Virus record (IMG/VR): IMGVR_UViG_3300047409_000574
Span: 1 to 64,000 of that record
DNA from: a virus
Length of the DNA: 64,000 nt
Strand: one strand, 5' to 3'
The position numbers were made by a program, and so were the translations under genes. Below are positions 29,885 through 38,387 of the stretch, in pieces. Position 1 is the first letter of the stretch; every line of letters begins with the position of its first letter. The notes beneath the pieces were generated by a model. The model was not told where the DNA came from, searched no databases, and worked only from the letters and a program-made list of their open reading frames with translations.

Positions 29885-30502
29885 GTGAAACGCCTGTTGA
29901 CCGCATGGGCGCTCTCTCTCTGTTTCGCCGTGAGCGCGGCACCGACGGCTTCGGCCGTGAGCTTCTCCACTCGTTCTCTGTCCGACGCTCGTGTCGGCCA
30001 GTCCAAGCCCGAGCTTCTCGCCCAGATGGCGCACTCGGGCAAGGTCGTTTCCTTCTTCACGCGTGGCCCGCACCGCTGGATGGTGTTGCCTCGACACGCG
30101 TCGTGCTGGTCGCATGTGCCGGGCGTGAAGCTGCGCCACGTGTGCAACCGGGCGCGGCTGGCGCTGATCGCGCACCGCTGGTTGCTGGCGGTCGCGCACG
30201 CGCGTTACGTGAAACTGTACGAGCCGAAGCCGGACGACTGGGCGGAGTTCGCGTGCATCCATTCTCACGAGGGTGCGGCAACCTCGAACACCGGCAACGG
30301 CTACTACGGCGGGCTGCAAGAGGACATGGGGTTCCAACGCACCTACGGGCCGGACTTCATGGCACGCTGGGGCACCGCGGACAGGTGGCCGGTGTGGGCG
30401 CAGGTGGAGTCGGCGCGTCGTGCGCGTGATGGCTTCGCTGGGCATGGCGCGCGCGGGTACGGCCCGTGGCCGCAGACGGCGCGTGCGTGCGGGATGTTCT
30501 GA
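29885..30502 (+). CDS. Secreted Rpf-like lytic transglycosylase
   Basis: Signal peptide MKRLL..ASA; CIHSHEG..NTGNGYYGGLQ..Q...A..GYGPWP..C. Confidence 0.85.
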   Translation: MKRLLTAWALSLCFAVSAAPTASAVSFSTRSLSDARVGQSKPELLAQMAHSGKVVSFFTRGPHRWMVLPRHASCWSHVPGVKLRHVCNRARLALIAHRWLLAVAHARYVKLYEPKPDDWAEFACIHSHEGAATSNTGNGYYGGLQEDMGFQRTYGPDFMARWGTADRWPVWAQVESARRARDGFAGHGARGYGPWPQTARACGMF

Positions 30503-30697
30503 TGGCTTAGGATGCGGTTCGAGCGGCCGGGCATGGTGGCCGGGGAGACCCCGGCACGGTCGGTGTCGTTCTGGCCCGTGAAACACTCGGCTGTCTCGGG
30601 CCGCCCTGTAACGCCAATCACGGGGCGGCCCACCTTCGTTGTGCAGCGGCGTGGCCGGAGTGGTAGAACCTCGTGACCCGACCGAGAGGAGATTCTG

Positions 30698-31075
30698 TTG
30701 ACCACTACGGATACCGAGCGCCCGCTCAAGTCCGTTGCGGACATGGCCGCCGACGGCGGTATCGAGGAGGATGAGGACGGGCAGCTTGCGATTGCGGGCA
30801 CGCACGCGAAGCTGTCGCTGGAGGTGGGCGGCTCGAAGCCGACGGTGTCGGTTGCGAAGATCAAGGCGCTCAAGCTGCCGGTGCGCGGAACGGACGCGGA
30901 GAACCCCGGCCAGTTCAAAAAGGGAGACACGATCCGGGCGATGGTCGATCTGGTGTGTGTCGATCTCCAGTTCCCGGATGAGCGGCGGAAGGGGAAGGTG
31001 GAGCGCACGCAGCGTGTGCATATCTTCGAGCCGTTGGCTATCGAGATCATCGAGCCGGTGCCCGACGCGCCGTAA
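30698..31075 (+). CDS. Hypothetical protein
   Basis: GAGGAG RBS plus TTG start. Confidence 0.65.
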   Translation: MTTTDTERPLKSVADMAADGGIEEDEDGQLAIAGTHAKLSLEVGGSKPTVSVAKIKALKLPVRGTDAENPGQFKKGDTIRAMVDLVCVDLQFPDERRKGKVERTQRVHIFEPLAIEIIEPVPDAP

Positions 31076-31079
31076 CAAG

Positions 31080-31140
31080 GTGGGCGGGGTCGTCTCTCAG
31101 AGGTCGCAAGCGAGGTTGAAGCCCTCGCGGCCCCGCCCAC
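31080..31140 (+). terminator. Large stem-loop, possible terminator
   Basis: GTGGGCGGGGTCG...CGGCCCCGCCCAC. Confidence 0.45.
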
Positions 31141-31198
31141 TCAACTAACACGGATGCGCCGTAGGCTGGGCACAACTCAACGATAGGGAGGTGCGGGG

Positions 31199-31555
31199 AT
31201 GGCGTTGAACTCTCTCGCGAATGTCTCGGGCGCGGGGCTGCCTGGTGGCGCGGGCGGTGCGTCGGAGGACTTCGATGTGCTGGCGGGGGCGGTCGCGGAA
31301 CTCCAGCGGATGAGGGTCACCGTGGTGGCCGGTGCTGGCGCGAACACGAACATCGCGGTGGCGGGCATCGTGATGGCGGACACGTTGCTGTCGGTGCTGC
31401 GTCATATCGACTCGGGGGCGGCGACGACGGCGTCGGTGGTCGATCACACGGCGCAGGCTGCGATCACGTCGGACGGGAACATTCAGGTGACGGTCGCGAC
31501 GAACATCAACGCCGGTGACCGGCTGGTCGTGACCTGGTTCGACAAGGCGGCCTAG
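31199..31555 (+). CDS. Hypothetical beta-rich protein, possibly virion decoration
   Basis: GGGAGGT RBS; 118 aa. Confidence 0.7.
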   Translation: MALNSLANVSGAGLPGGAGGASEDFDVLAGAVAELQRMRVTVVAGAGANTNIAVAGIVMADTLLSVLRHIDSGAATTASVVDHTAQAAITSDGNIQVTVATNINAGDRLVVTWFDKAA

Positions 31556-31573
31556 CAAGCAAAGTCCTCAACA

Positions 31574-32008
31574 GTGATGCAACCACCAGTCGCCCCTCTT
31601 TCATCGTTTTCCCTGGGGTGGCTGGTGGGCATCCTGGAGGGCGAGGGATGCTTCTACGCCAAGCCACGAAGGACTCGCTCTCCTTATCCCATGATTGATG
31701 TGACGATGACCGATCGCGACACGATCGAGCATGTGTACGCGCTTACAGGCGTCGGCGTGCTCGGCAGCGTGATTCCACAGCAGTCGCACCACAAGGCAGC
31801 TTGGAAGTGGAGGGTGAGTGGTGAGCGCGCTTTGACGCTGATGCTGCTCGTGCGACCTTTCCTAAGCGAACGGCGCATGATGAAGGTGAACGAGATTCTT
31901 CAACAGTGTGGGGAAAAGCCTGTGGAGGGTTTCTGTTCAGCGCTGTCTGCGGCGGAGTCGCTCTATGGCGGCCCGTTGCAAGCTGTGGAAAGGCGGCCCG
32001 GCGGTTGA
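31574..32008 (+). CDS. Single-motif LAGLIDADG endonuclease
   Basis: WLVGILEGEGCF, VTMTD, W.V.G..A. Confidence 0.82.
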   Translation: MMQPPVAPLSSFSLGWLVGILEGEGCFYAKPRRTRSPYPMIDVTMTDRDTIEHVYALTGVGVLGSVIPQQSHHKAAWKWRVSGERALTLMLLVRPFLSERRMMKVNEILQQCGEKPVEGFCSALSAAESLYGGPLQAVERRPGG

Positions 32009-32033
32009 CCCCGTCGGGCCGCGGTCTTAGGAT
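32005..32033 (+). promoter_or_regulatory. SigA-like promoter
   Basis: TTGACC-N17-TAGGAT. Confidence 0.65.
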
Positions 32034-32104
32034 GCTTGCCCCATAAAAAAGACGCCGCTCCCGGTCAGGAACGGCGTCGAGTTCTAGCATTCGAGGAGGT
32101 CAGT

Positions 32105-32737
32105 ATGACCGATCTAGCGGACGTTGCGCAAGTCGTTCTCGACGATTTGCAAGGCGAGCGCTTCTACGTTGCGCTCGTCGAGCTTCGGTTCTTCTACTGG
32201 GAGACCGACTGCTCCGTCGCTTCGATCGCGGCGGGATACACGTTGCCCGCGCATGAGGTTCCCGGTGCTGCCGGGCCGCTCGTGCTCGCGTCTACATGTG
32301 GGTGGTGTGGGGACAACGAGGTCGTTCATTCGCGGACAGAGCGGGCGGAGCGTGAGCGATGGTGGCGGCGACGCCATGAGGTTCGCGGCCGTCGAGAAGT
32401 TGAGGTCGGATGGCTTCCCGGAGATCGCTGCTCTAACTGCAACGATGGGTTCGCTGCATGGGCGGAGATCGACCGGGCGAGAGGAGCACGACTCGACACG
32501 AGCGAGCGGCAACTGCTGCGTTCGATGCCGTACTCCGACTATCTGCTCACCGAGCATTGGAAGAAGGTCAGGGCGCGGGCACTCAAGTATGCGGGCTACC
32601 GCTGCCAGTTGTGTAACGCGCGAGCACGGCTCGATGTTCACCATCGGACGTATGAGCATCGAGGCTGCGAGCGTGACCAGGATGTGATCGCACTCTGCCG
32701 CCCATGTCACGCTCTCCATCACGGAAAGCTCGCATGA
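32105..32737 (+). CDS. HNH endonuclease
   Basis: GAGGAGG RBS; Y.DYL.TEHW..R..CQLC..L.VHH.TY..LC..CH. Confidence 0.85.
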   Translation: MTDLADVAQVVLDDLQGERFYVALVELRFFYWETDCSVASIAAGYTLPAHEVPGAAGPLVLASTCGWCGDNEVVHSRTERAERERWWRRRHEVRGRREVEVGWLPGDRCSNCNDGFAAWAEIDRARGARLDTSERQLLRSMPYSDYLLTEHWKKVRARALKYAGYRCQLCNARARLDVHHRTYEHRGCERDQDVIALCRPCHALHHGKLA

Positions 32738-33501
32738 GCGCGGTCGAGAAGAAGCCGTGGGTCAGCCACCGCTTCCCGCCGTCGTGGCACTTCACGCGCC
32801 TGCCGAACGTCATGCTTCTCGACGCGTCGCTCTCGCCGGACGCGAAGGTTCTCTGGATGCTGCTCTGTCATCTCGCCGTCGAGCAGCGAACGGATCAGCC
32901 TGTTGTCGGCGTCGAGGAGGCCAGGTCGGCTATCGGCCTGGGTGAACGAACGTGGGCAAAGGCGCGAGACGAGTTGGTCGAGCGCGGCTTGCTGGAGGTG
33001 AAAGGCAGGCGCGGATTCGGCCTGCCGAACGAGTATGTCGTGCTGCCGCCGCATGACCCTCAAAACGCAGTCATGGGTGCCGACAAAACGCAGGAACTAG
33101 GTGCCGACGAATCGCAGCACCCTTCCTTATTCGAGATAGAACCCTCCTCCACCTCCACCCTGCGCGCGGGGCGCGCGCCCACCCAGGTGAACGGGAAGAA
33201 GGTGACCGTCAAGGAGGAGTTCTTCGCTATCGCGGTGCTCGACGTGTTCAACGAGATCACCGGCAAGAAGTTCGCGGCGAAGGAGACGCTCGGGAAGATC
33301 ATCCTGCGTCATCGCGAGCATCCAGAACTCGACGTGGCCGACCACCGCCGGATCATCGAGGAGCAGGTCGCCCATCCGTGGTGGAAGGGGGACGTGTCTC
33401 CGGCGGTAATCTACGGGAACGGGCCGTTGTTCGACCGGGCGCTGAACGGTGTCCGGGCTGCACCGGCCGATCCGCTCAAGGTGAACTACACCCGTGTCTG
33501 A
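32734..33501 (+). CDS. Phage replication initiator
   Basis: FTRLPN..LS..AK.L wHTH; C-terminal FNEITGK..SPAVIY..FD; precedes the loader. Confidence 0.75.
   Translation: MSAVEKKPWVSHRFPPSWHFTRLPNVMLLDASLSPDAKVLWMLLCHLAVEQRTDQPVVGVEEARSAIGLGERTWAKARDELVERGLLEVKGRRGFGLPNEYVVLPPHDPQNAVMGADKTQELGADESQHPSLFEIEPSSTSTLRAGRAPTQVNGKKVTVKEEFFAIAVLDVFNEITGKKFAAKETLGKIILRHREHPELDVADHRRIIEEQVAHPWWKGDVSPAVIYGNGPLFDRALNGVRAAPADPLKVNYTRV
33061..33121 (+). repeat. Iteron-like direct repeats (candidate origin)
   Basis: CAAAACGCAG..GGTGCCGA twice, plus a partial third copy, inside the initiator. Confidence 0.55.
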
Positions 33502-34276
33502 CAACTCGCTGGCTCTACTCGATACGAGCTTCATGCGCACCGGCGCGCAGGTGGCCTGCCCCGGCTGCGGGAAGGCGAACGGCGGGTTGGAGGTCACGAT
33601 CTCCGGGCTGGCGTTGACGCTCTCGTGCGCGATGTGTGTGGCGCGGGCGGAGGCGGAGGCGGAGGAGCAGGAGCGCCAGGAGCGGGTGCGTGACCTGCTC
33701 GCGCGCGCGGGCGGCACCGCCAGGCTGGAGCAGTTCACGCTGGAGGGCTACCCGACCACGCAGGTGCACCAGCAGGCGCTCGCCAAGGCGCTCGGCTGGC
33801 GTGACCGGGTGCTCTCGATCCCTCCCGGCAGGCCGGGCGCACCGAACCTGGTGCTGTTCGGCGGGATCGGCTCGGGGAAGTCCGGGCTGATGTGGCCGGT
33901 CGTCCGCTCGCTCTGCGAGCACCTGCGCCGCACCCGCTACGTGGACTTCCCGGCGCTGCTGGAGCAGATGAAGGACGCCTACGCCAAGCGGGTGCCGTTC
34001 GACCAGTTCTCCGAACTGGGCCGGGTGCCGGTGCTGGTGCTCGACGATGTGGGGGCGGAGCGGCCGACGGAGTGGGCGCTCGGGGAGCTTCTCCAACTCG
34101 TGAACGCACGCTATGAGCGGCTGCTGCCGACGGCGTACATCTCGAACTTCGAGCCGCAGGAGCTTGTCGCCCGGCTCGGGCGCGGCGACGAGCATGTCGG
34201 GGAGCGCATCGTTTCGCGGATGAACGAAGGAGCTATTCAGTGTCGGCTCAAGTCGCGCGACCTGCGAGCGGCGTGA
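33494..34276 (+). CDS. DnaC/IstB-like helicase loader ATPase
   Basis: CxxC pairs, GGIGSGKS, LVLDDVGAE, NARY..PT..SN, RIVSR. Confidence 0.9.
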   Translation: MSDNSLALLDTSFMRTGAQVACPGCGKANGGLEVTISGLALTLSCAMCVARAEAEAEEQERQERVRDLLARAGGTARLEQFTLEGYPTTQVHQQALAKALGWRDRVLSIPPGRPGAPNLVLFGGIGSGKSGLMWPVVRSLCEHLRRTRYVDFPALLEQMKDAYAKRVPFDQFSELGRVPVLVLDDVGAERPTEWALGELLQLVNARYERLLPTAYISNFEPQELVARLGRGDEHVGERIVSRMNEGAIQCRLKSRDLRAA

Positions 34277-34395
34277 GGCAGGCTCTCGACATGCTGCTCG
34301 TCCTCGCTGCTCTCGGCGCGATCTTCACGGCGACCATCGCAGCCGTCCAGGTCGTGGTCATGGTCGCGCGGAAGCTCGCTGGCCGTTTGCGATGA
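34273..34395 (+). CDS. 40-aa membrane peptide
   Basis: Overlap-coupled at both ends; hydrophobic. Confidence 0.4.
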   Translation: MRQALDMLLVLAALGAIFTATIAAVQVVVMVARKLAGRLR

Positions 34396-34580
34396 GCACC
34401 TTTGAGCCGTGCGCCCGACCGGCTGGTTGCGCGACACCGTTCGCGTGTAGCGGTGACACGGGTGACTACGGCACGTGTATCTACCGGGCGCTCCAGGAGC
34501 ATGAGGAGCGGGTGAAGGCTGGCACGGTGCGGCCTATCCGGGTGATCCATCCGTACAAGGCGAAAGATGCAGCAGGCTAA
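34392..34580 (+). CDS. Small Cys-rich protein
   Basis: ATGA overlap; 62 aa. Confidence 0.45.
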   Translation: MSTFEPCARPAGCATPFACSGDTGDYGTCIYRALQEHEERVKAGTVRPIRVIHPYKAKDAAG

Positions 34581-34653
34581 GTTGGGCGAATCTGCGGAAC
34601 TCGGAAGTCTGCTGTCCGGTTGGGGGCGTAGTGTTAGTCAAGCAACCGGAGAG

Positions 34654-35304
34654 GTGAGGCTCGTGGAGGTCGTGCAGTTCGAGGTCGCGGGGAAGGCGAT
34701 CACGCAAGGCTCGAAGATGCCGTTTGTGCCGAGCTACGGCGACGGTACCCCGGTGCGACGCCACACGAAGTCGTGTCCCGGCTCCAAGTCGAAGAACCAG
34801 GCGCACCACTACGCGTCGATCCCGTGTCGCTGCCCGGTGATGGCGAACGTCGTGGACGACAATGATGGGCCGCTGGGGAACTGGCGGGACACGATCGGCT
34901 TCCACGCGCGCGTGGCGATGGGCGACCGGGAGGTGTTCGACGGGCTGTGCCGGGCGACGTTCGTGTTCGTCAAGCCGCGCCCGGCGGCCCACTACGGCTC
35001 AGGCCGGAACGAGCGCATCTTGAAGGACTCGGCTCCGGCCGCGCCGGGCAAGCGGCCGGACGCGTTGAAGCTCGCGCGCGCGGTCGAGGATGCGATGACC
35101 GGGATCGTGTATGTGGACGATTCGCTGATCGTGACGGAGGTGATCGCGAAGCGGTACTGCTCGCGCTGGGAGACCGAGCGGGTGGAGGTGCGGGTCGAGT
35201 TGCTGGCGGAGCAGACGGTGCATGATCTGGTGGCGGCGGGGCTGCTTGATCTGCCTGCGGCGTCGGGCGAGCACGGGCACGAACAGTTGAGTTTGGTCGC
35301 GTAG
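34654..35304 (+). CDS. rusA: RusA Holliday junction resolvase (start uncertain)
   Basis: QGSK, WR, PD..KLARAV.DAMTG.VY.DDS. Confidence 0.88.
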   Translation: MRLVEVVQFEVAGKAITQGSKMPFVPSYGDGTPVRRHTKSCPGSKSKNQAHHYASIPCRCPVMANVVDDNDGPLGNWRDTIGFHARVAMGDREVFDGLCRATFVFVKPRPAAHYGSGRNERILKDSAPAAPGKRPDALKLARAVEDAMTGIVYVDDSLIVTEVIAKRYCSRWETERVEVRVELLAEQTVHDLVAAGLLDLPAASGEHGHEQLSLVA

Positions 35305-35538
35305 CGCGACCTGCGTAGCTCGCCAAGAGAGAGGACGGGGATTGTGATGCGCGCGTGTGCGTGTCCCCCGTCCTGCCGTTCGCCACGCTGAAAACGCAAA
35401 ACGGTGTCAAGTCGTCTTAACAATCGAGATGGCTATGCGGTTTGCTCGTCTCAAAAGGTGCCCGTTTGCGGGGCTGGCGACAAGAGGTAGCAAACGATGT
35501 TGTAAAATGTAGTCATGCATCCCGACCAAGGAGAGAGC

Positions 35539-35748
35539 ATGACTGCACCGACAGCGATGGAGAAGTCGGTCACGAATCTGTGGCGGTCGCTCCCCTACCA
35601 GGCGTTCGGCATCTGCGCGAACCCGGCGTGCGGAGAGCGCGGCGTCCAGTTCCTTTGCGGCAAGAACCCGCATAGCCGGGTCTGCCTTGTCTGCTTCGAG
35701 TTCGAGTTCAACTGCACCGCACCCAACATGAGAAGGAGGTCGGCATGA
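35539..35748 (+). CDS. Small zinc-finger-like protein
   Basis: AAGGAG RBS; C....C and C..C. Confidence 0.65.
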   Translation: MTAPTAMEKSVTNLWRSLPYQAFGICANPACGERGVQFLCGKNPHSRVCLVCFEFEFNCTAPNMRRRSA

Positions 35749-36194
35749 TCGCGTTCAGTCTCACCGGCAAGGTCGTGGCGATCCCGCGCAGCGGGCAGTT
35801 CACGACGGAGTTCATGCGTGCGTCGATCGAGCGGACGATCGCCGAGGGCAAGAAGGTCTACACGCGCTCGGGCGGATGGGAGGAGCCGAAGCGGTACGGC
35901 ATCGGCCGCCGGTACGAGGACGGCCAGCCGGTGGACGTGCGGTGCACGACGCTGCGTGTCGAGACGGACGGCGGGCCGGAGCAGACCGCCGACCTCTGGA
36001 TCACGGAGGAGCGGGTCGGCAAGGCGACGTTCGAGCGGGTGCTGGCGTTGGAGGTCGGCGCGCGGGTGAAGATCACCGGCACGGTCAAGAGCACGCTCGC
36101 GTACAACACCTTCTCACCGCAGGCCGACAAGGTGAAGGTTCTCTCGCATGCGACGAGGTGCGGGTGCGAGTTCTGTAACGAGGTGCTCTCGTGA
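35745..36194 (+). CDS. Hypothetical, OB-fold-like
   Basis: LTGKV...LEVGARVKITG. Confidence 0.6.
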   Translation: MIAFSLTGKVVAIPRSGQFTTEFMRASIERTIAEGKKVYTRSGGWEEPKRYGIGRRYEDGQPVDVRCTTLRVETDGGPEQTADLWITEERVGKATFERVLALEVGARVKITGTVKSTLAYNTFSPQADKVKVLSHATRCGCEFCNEVLS

Positions 36195-36745
36195 AGGGCG
36201 GGCGGCTCAAGATCGTGAACGAGTCCCGCTACGCCGACGGGGAGGTCGAGGCGCTCGTGCGCTTCGGCCTCCAGGACATTGACTTGAAGGGCGAGAAGCT
36301 GCTGGCGGTGGTGAGCAACACGCGGACGCGGGAGTACCGGGGCTGGGCGGGCACGCGCGTGATGTTCTGGCGCTCGGACAGTACGGCCGGTCGGGTTGCT
36401 GCGCTCGTCCGGCGGCACAAGCCGGGGTTCATCATCCACATGATGGTTGGGCCGCCGACCAAGTTCCCGATCCGGCCGTACCGGCGCAATGGTTTCGTGC
36501 ATGACTACCGCACCTGGCAGGAGGCGCTGGTGGGGATCACCGCACATGAGGGCATGCACGTCCAGCACTTCTACGATTCGGCCTATGGGCACAACGGGAG
36601 GCGGCGGACTGGCTCGCGCCGGATCGAGCCGAAGTGCGAGGCGTTCGAGCAGTTCATGCTCCGGCGCTACCGGGAGAGCTTGCTCACGCCACCGGAGTTT
36701 GCTACCGTCTCCTGTCAAGGTCTCCGTTTGGAGACGGTCGGCTGA
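36191..36745 (+). CDS. Zincin-like protein
   Basis: AHEGMH..H and downstream E..CE. Confidence 0.65.
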   Translation: MKGGRLKIVNESRYADGEVEALVRFGLQDIDLKGEKLLAVVSNTRTREYRGWAGTRVMFWRSDSTAGRVAALVRRHKPGFIIHMMVGPPTKFPIRPYRRNGFVHDYRTWQEALVGITAHEGMHVQHFYDSAYGHNGRRRTGSRRIEPKCEAFEQFMLRRYRESLLTPPEFATVSCQGLRLETVG

Positions 36746-36761
36746 TGGGACGGAGGCACGA

Positions 36762-37124
36762 GTGACCAAGCAACTGCGGGACTGGATCGACGAGATGGTG
36801 GCGGCGGGCAAGAAGTCGGTGCCGCTTGCGAAGCTGCGAGAGAAGCTCGACGAGGTCGAGCGCAAGCCGTCCCGTGGTCGGCGCAACGGGAAGATCAACC
36901 CGGCCGATCTGGTCGGCAACGCGGAGGCTGCGCGCATCCTGGGGGTGGATCGCACGCGCATCTCGAAGTGGCGGAACAAGGATGTGCTGACGACGTTCGG
37001 CCCGAAGAAGCTGCCGTTCCCGGAGCCGGTCGCGACGCTCGACGCGGGGCCGGTGTGGGACAGGAACGACGTGCTGACGATCCTCCCGTTCGTGGAGGAG
37101 CGTCGCCGGGCACGCGCGAAGTAG
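36762..37124 (+). CDS. HTH DNA-binding protein (AlpA/excisionase-like)
   Basis: GGAGG RBS; LVG.AEAARILGV.R.RI..W..FPEPVA.L.AGPVW. Confidence 0.8.
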   Translation: MTKQLRDWIDEMVAAGKKSVPLAKLREKLDEVERKPSRGRRNGKINPADLVGNAEAARILGVDRTRISKWRNKDVLTTFGPKKLPFPEPVATLDAGPVWDRNDVLTILPFVEERRRARAK

Positions 37125-37152
37125 AGTCTTGACCCCCAACGAAAGGACGGGC

Positions 37153-37287
37153 ATGAGCGAGAGCGAGCAGGAGCCGGGCGGCGCGCCCGAGACCCCGCCT
37201 GACGGCGGTGACGGCGGTGACGGCGGAGCGCCGGAGGTTCCGGCTGGCGGTGGTGGCGAGCAGGCGGCCCCGGCGACTGAGGACTAG
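37153..37287 (+). CDS. 44-aa acidic disordered peptide
   Basis: GAAAGGA RBS; MSESEQEPGGAPETPPDGGDGGDGG...ATED*; followed by a terminator. Confidence 0.5.
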   Translation: MSESEQEPGGAPETPPDGGDGGDGGAPEVPAGGGGEQAAPATED

Positions 37288-37309
37288 CGTCCTCGCTATC
37301 GGTGGTGTG

Positions 37310-37341
37310 AGGGGGGCGGCCTGCGGGTCGCCCCTTCTTGT
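37310..37341 (+). terminator. Intrinsic terminator
   Basis: GGGGCGGCC-tgcg-GGTCGCCCC then TTCTTGT. Confidence 0.55.
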
Positions 37342-37393
37342 CCGTCCGATGGGATGGGATACGATGATGGCTTCCGACCAAGAGAGGTAGAGC

Positions 37394-37963
37394 ATGGCGA
37401 ACCTAATCAATTCGGTCATTATTCAGGGGAATCTGACTCGCGACCCGGAATTGCGCTACACCCCGTCGGGTACGGCGGTCGCGAACGCGAGGATCGCGCA
37501 CAACGACCGGGTGAAGAAGGACGGCGTGTGGACTGACACGCCGTACTACTTCGATGTGACGATCTGGGGGAATCGGGGCGAGGCGTTCTGCCGGTTCTTC
37601 ACGAAGGGCAGCGCGGTGCTGATCCGCGGCCGGTTGACCTGGCGGGAGTGGGATTCGGAGAACGGCAAGCGCCAGCAGGTCGAGATCGTGGCGGACGACT
37701 GGTACTTCGTCGGCAAGAAGGGTGAGGGCGGCGGGACGACTGACCGGTACGACGGGGCGGACTACTCGCGCGGCGGGGATGGTGGCGGCCAGTACGACGT
37801 GGATGATCCGGCTGGCCCTCCTGCGACCGTTCCGGCGGGCGGGGACTTCGATGCTGACGGCGATGACATACCCTTCGCCCTTTTTGACATGTGCCCTCTT
37901 GACGGCGTAGTGTGGGCGCATGTCCGCCGGACGTGGCCGCCCACCAAGTTGCACCTGTGGTGA
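37394..37963 (+). CDS. ssb: Single-stranded DNA-binding protein
   Basis: GNLTRDPELRYTPSG, DDIPF (followed by 28 extra residues). Confidence 0.95.
   Translation: MANLINSVIIQGNLTRDPELRYTPSGTAVANARIAHNDRVKKDGVWTDTPYYFDVTIWGNRGEAFCRFFTKGSAVLIRGRLTWREWDSENGKRQQVEIVADDWYFVGKKGEGGGTTDRYDGADYSRGGDGGGQYDVDDPAGPPATVPAGGDFDADGDDIPFALFDMCPLDGVVWAHVRRTWPPTKLHLW
37884..37913 (+). promoter_or_regulatory. SigA-like promoter for leaderless HNH gene
   Basis: TTGACA-N18-TAGTGT, 6 nt before ATG 37920. Confidence 0.6.
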
Positions 37964-38387
37964 GTGCGCCAAGTGCAAAAGGCGGGTAGCTGCGCGTGAA
38001 GCGTATCGCGCTATGTCGCCGCAAGAGCGGAAGGACTGGGTTGCTCGGCGCGATCCCGAGAAGGTGCGTGCGGCTGATCGCGTTCGGTACAAGAAGGACA
38101 AGCCGAATCGTCGCAAGGCGATGGACGAGTACGCGGCGAGCAACCGCGAGCGCGTCAACGGCCACAAGAAGGCGTGGGTCGAGCGCAACCCGGAGAAGCA
38201 TGCCGCGCACGTCGCGGTCAGCAACGCGCTGCGCGATGGCAGGCTGGTCAAGGGGCCGTGCGAGCGCGCGTCCGAGGGCGGGTGTGGGCGGCGTATCGAG
38301 GCTCATCACGATGACTACGAGAAGCCGCTAGAGGTGCGCTGGCTGTGCTCGAAGCATCACGCTGAGACGCGCAAGAAGGTGGACTGA
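37920..38387 (+). CDS. HNH-like endonuclease
   Basis: AH..V.NA.R.G.L...CE..C..AHH.DY.KPL.V.WLC..HH. Confidence 0.8.
   Translation: MSAGRGRPPSCTCGECAKCKRRVAAREAYRAMSPQERKDWVARRDPEKVRAADRVRYKKDKPNRRKAMDEYAASNRERVNGHKKAWVERNPEKHAAHVAVSNALRDGRLVKGPCERASEGGCGRRIEAHHDDYEKPLEVRWLCSKHHAETRKKVD

Noticed and set aside
30510-30670. tRNA-like fragments (GGTTCGAG at about 30515; GGCCGGAGTGGTAG at about 30653)
   Set aside because: Wrong order and no cloverleaf pairing
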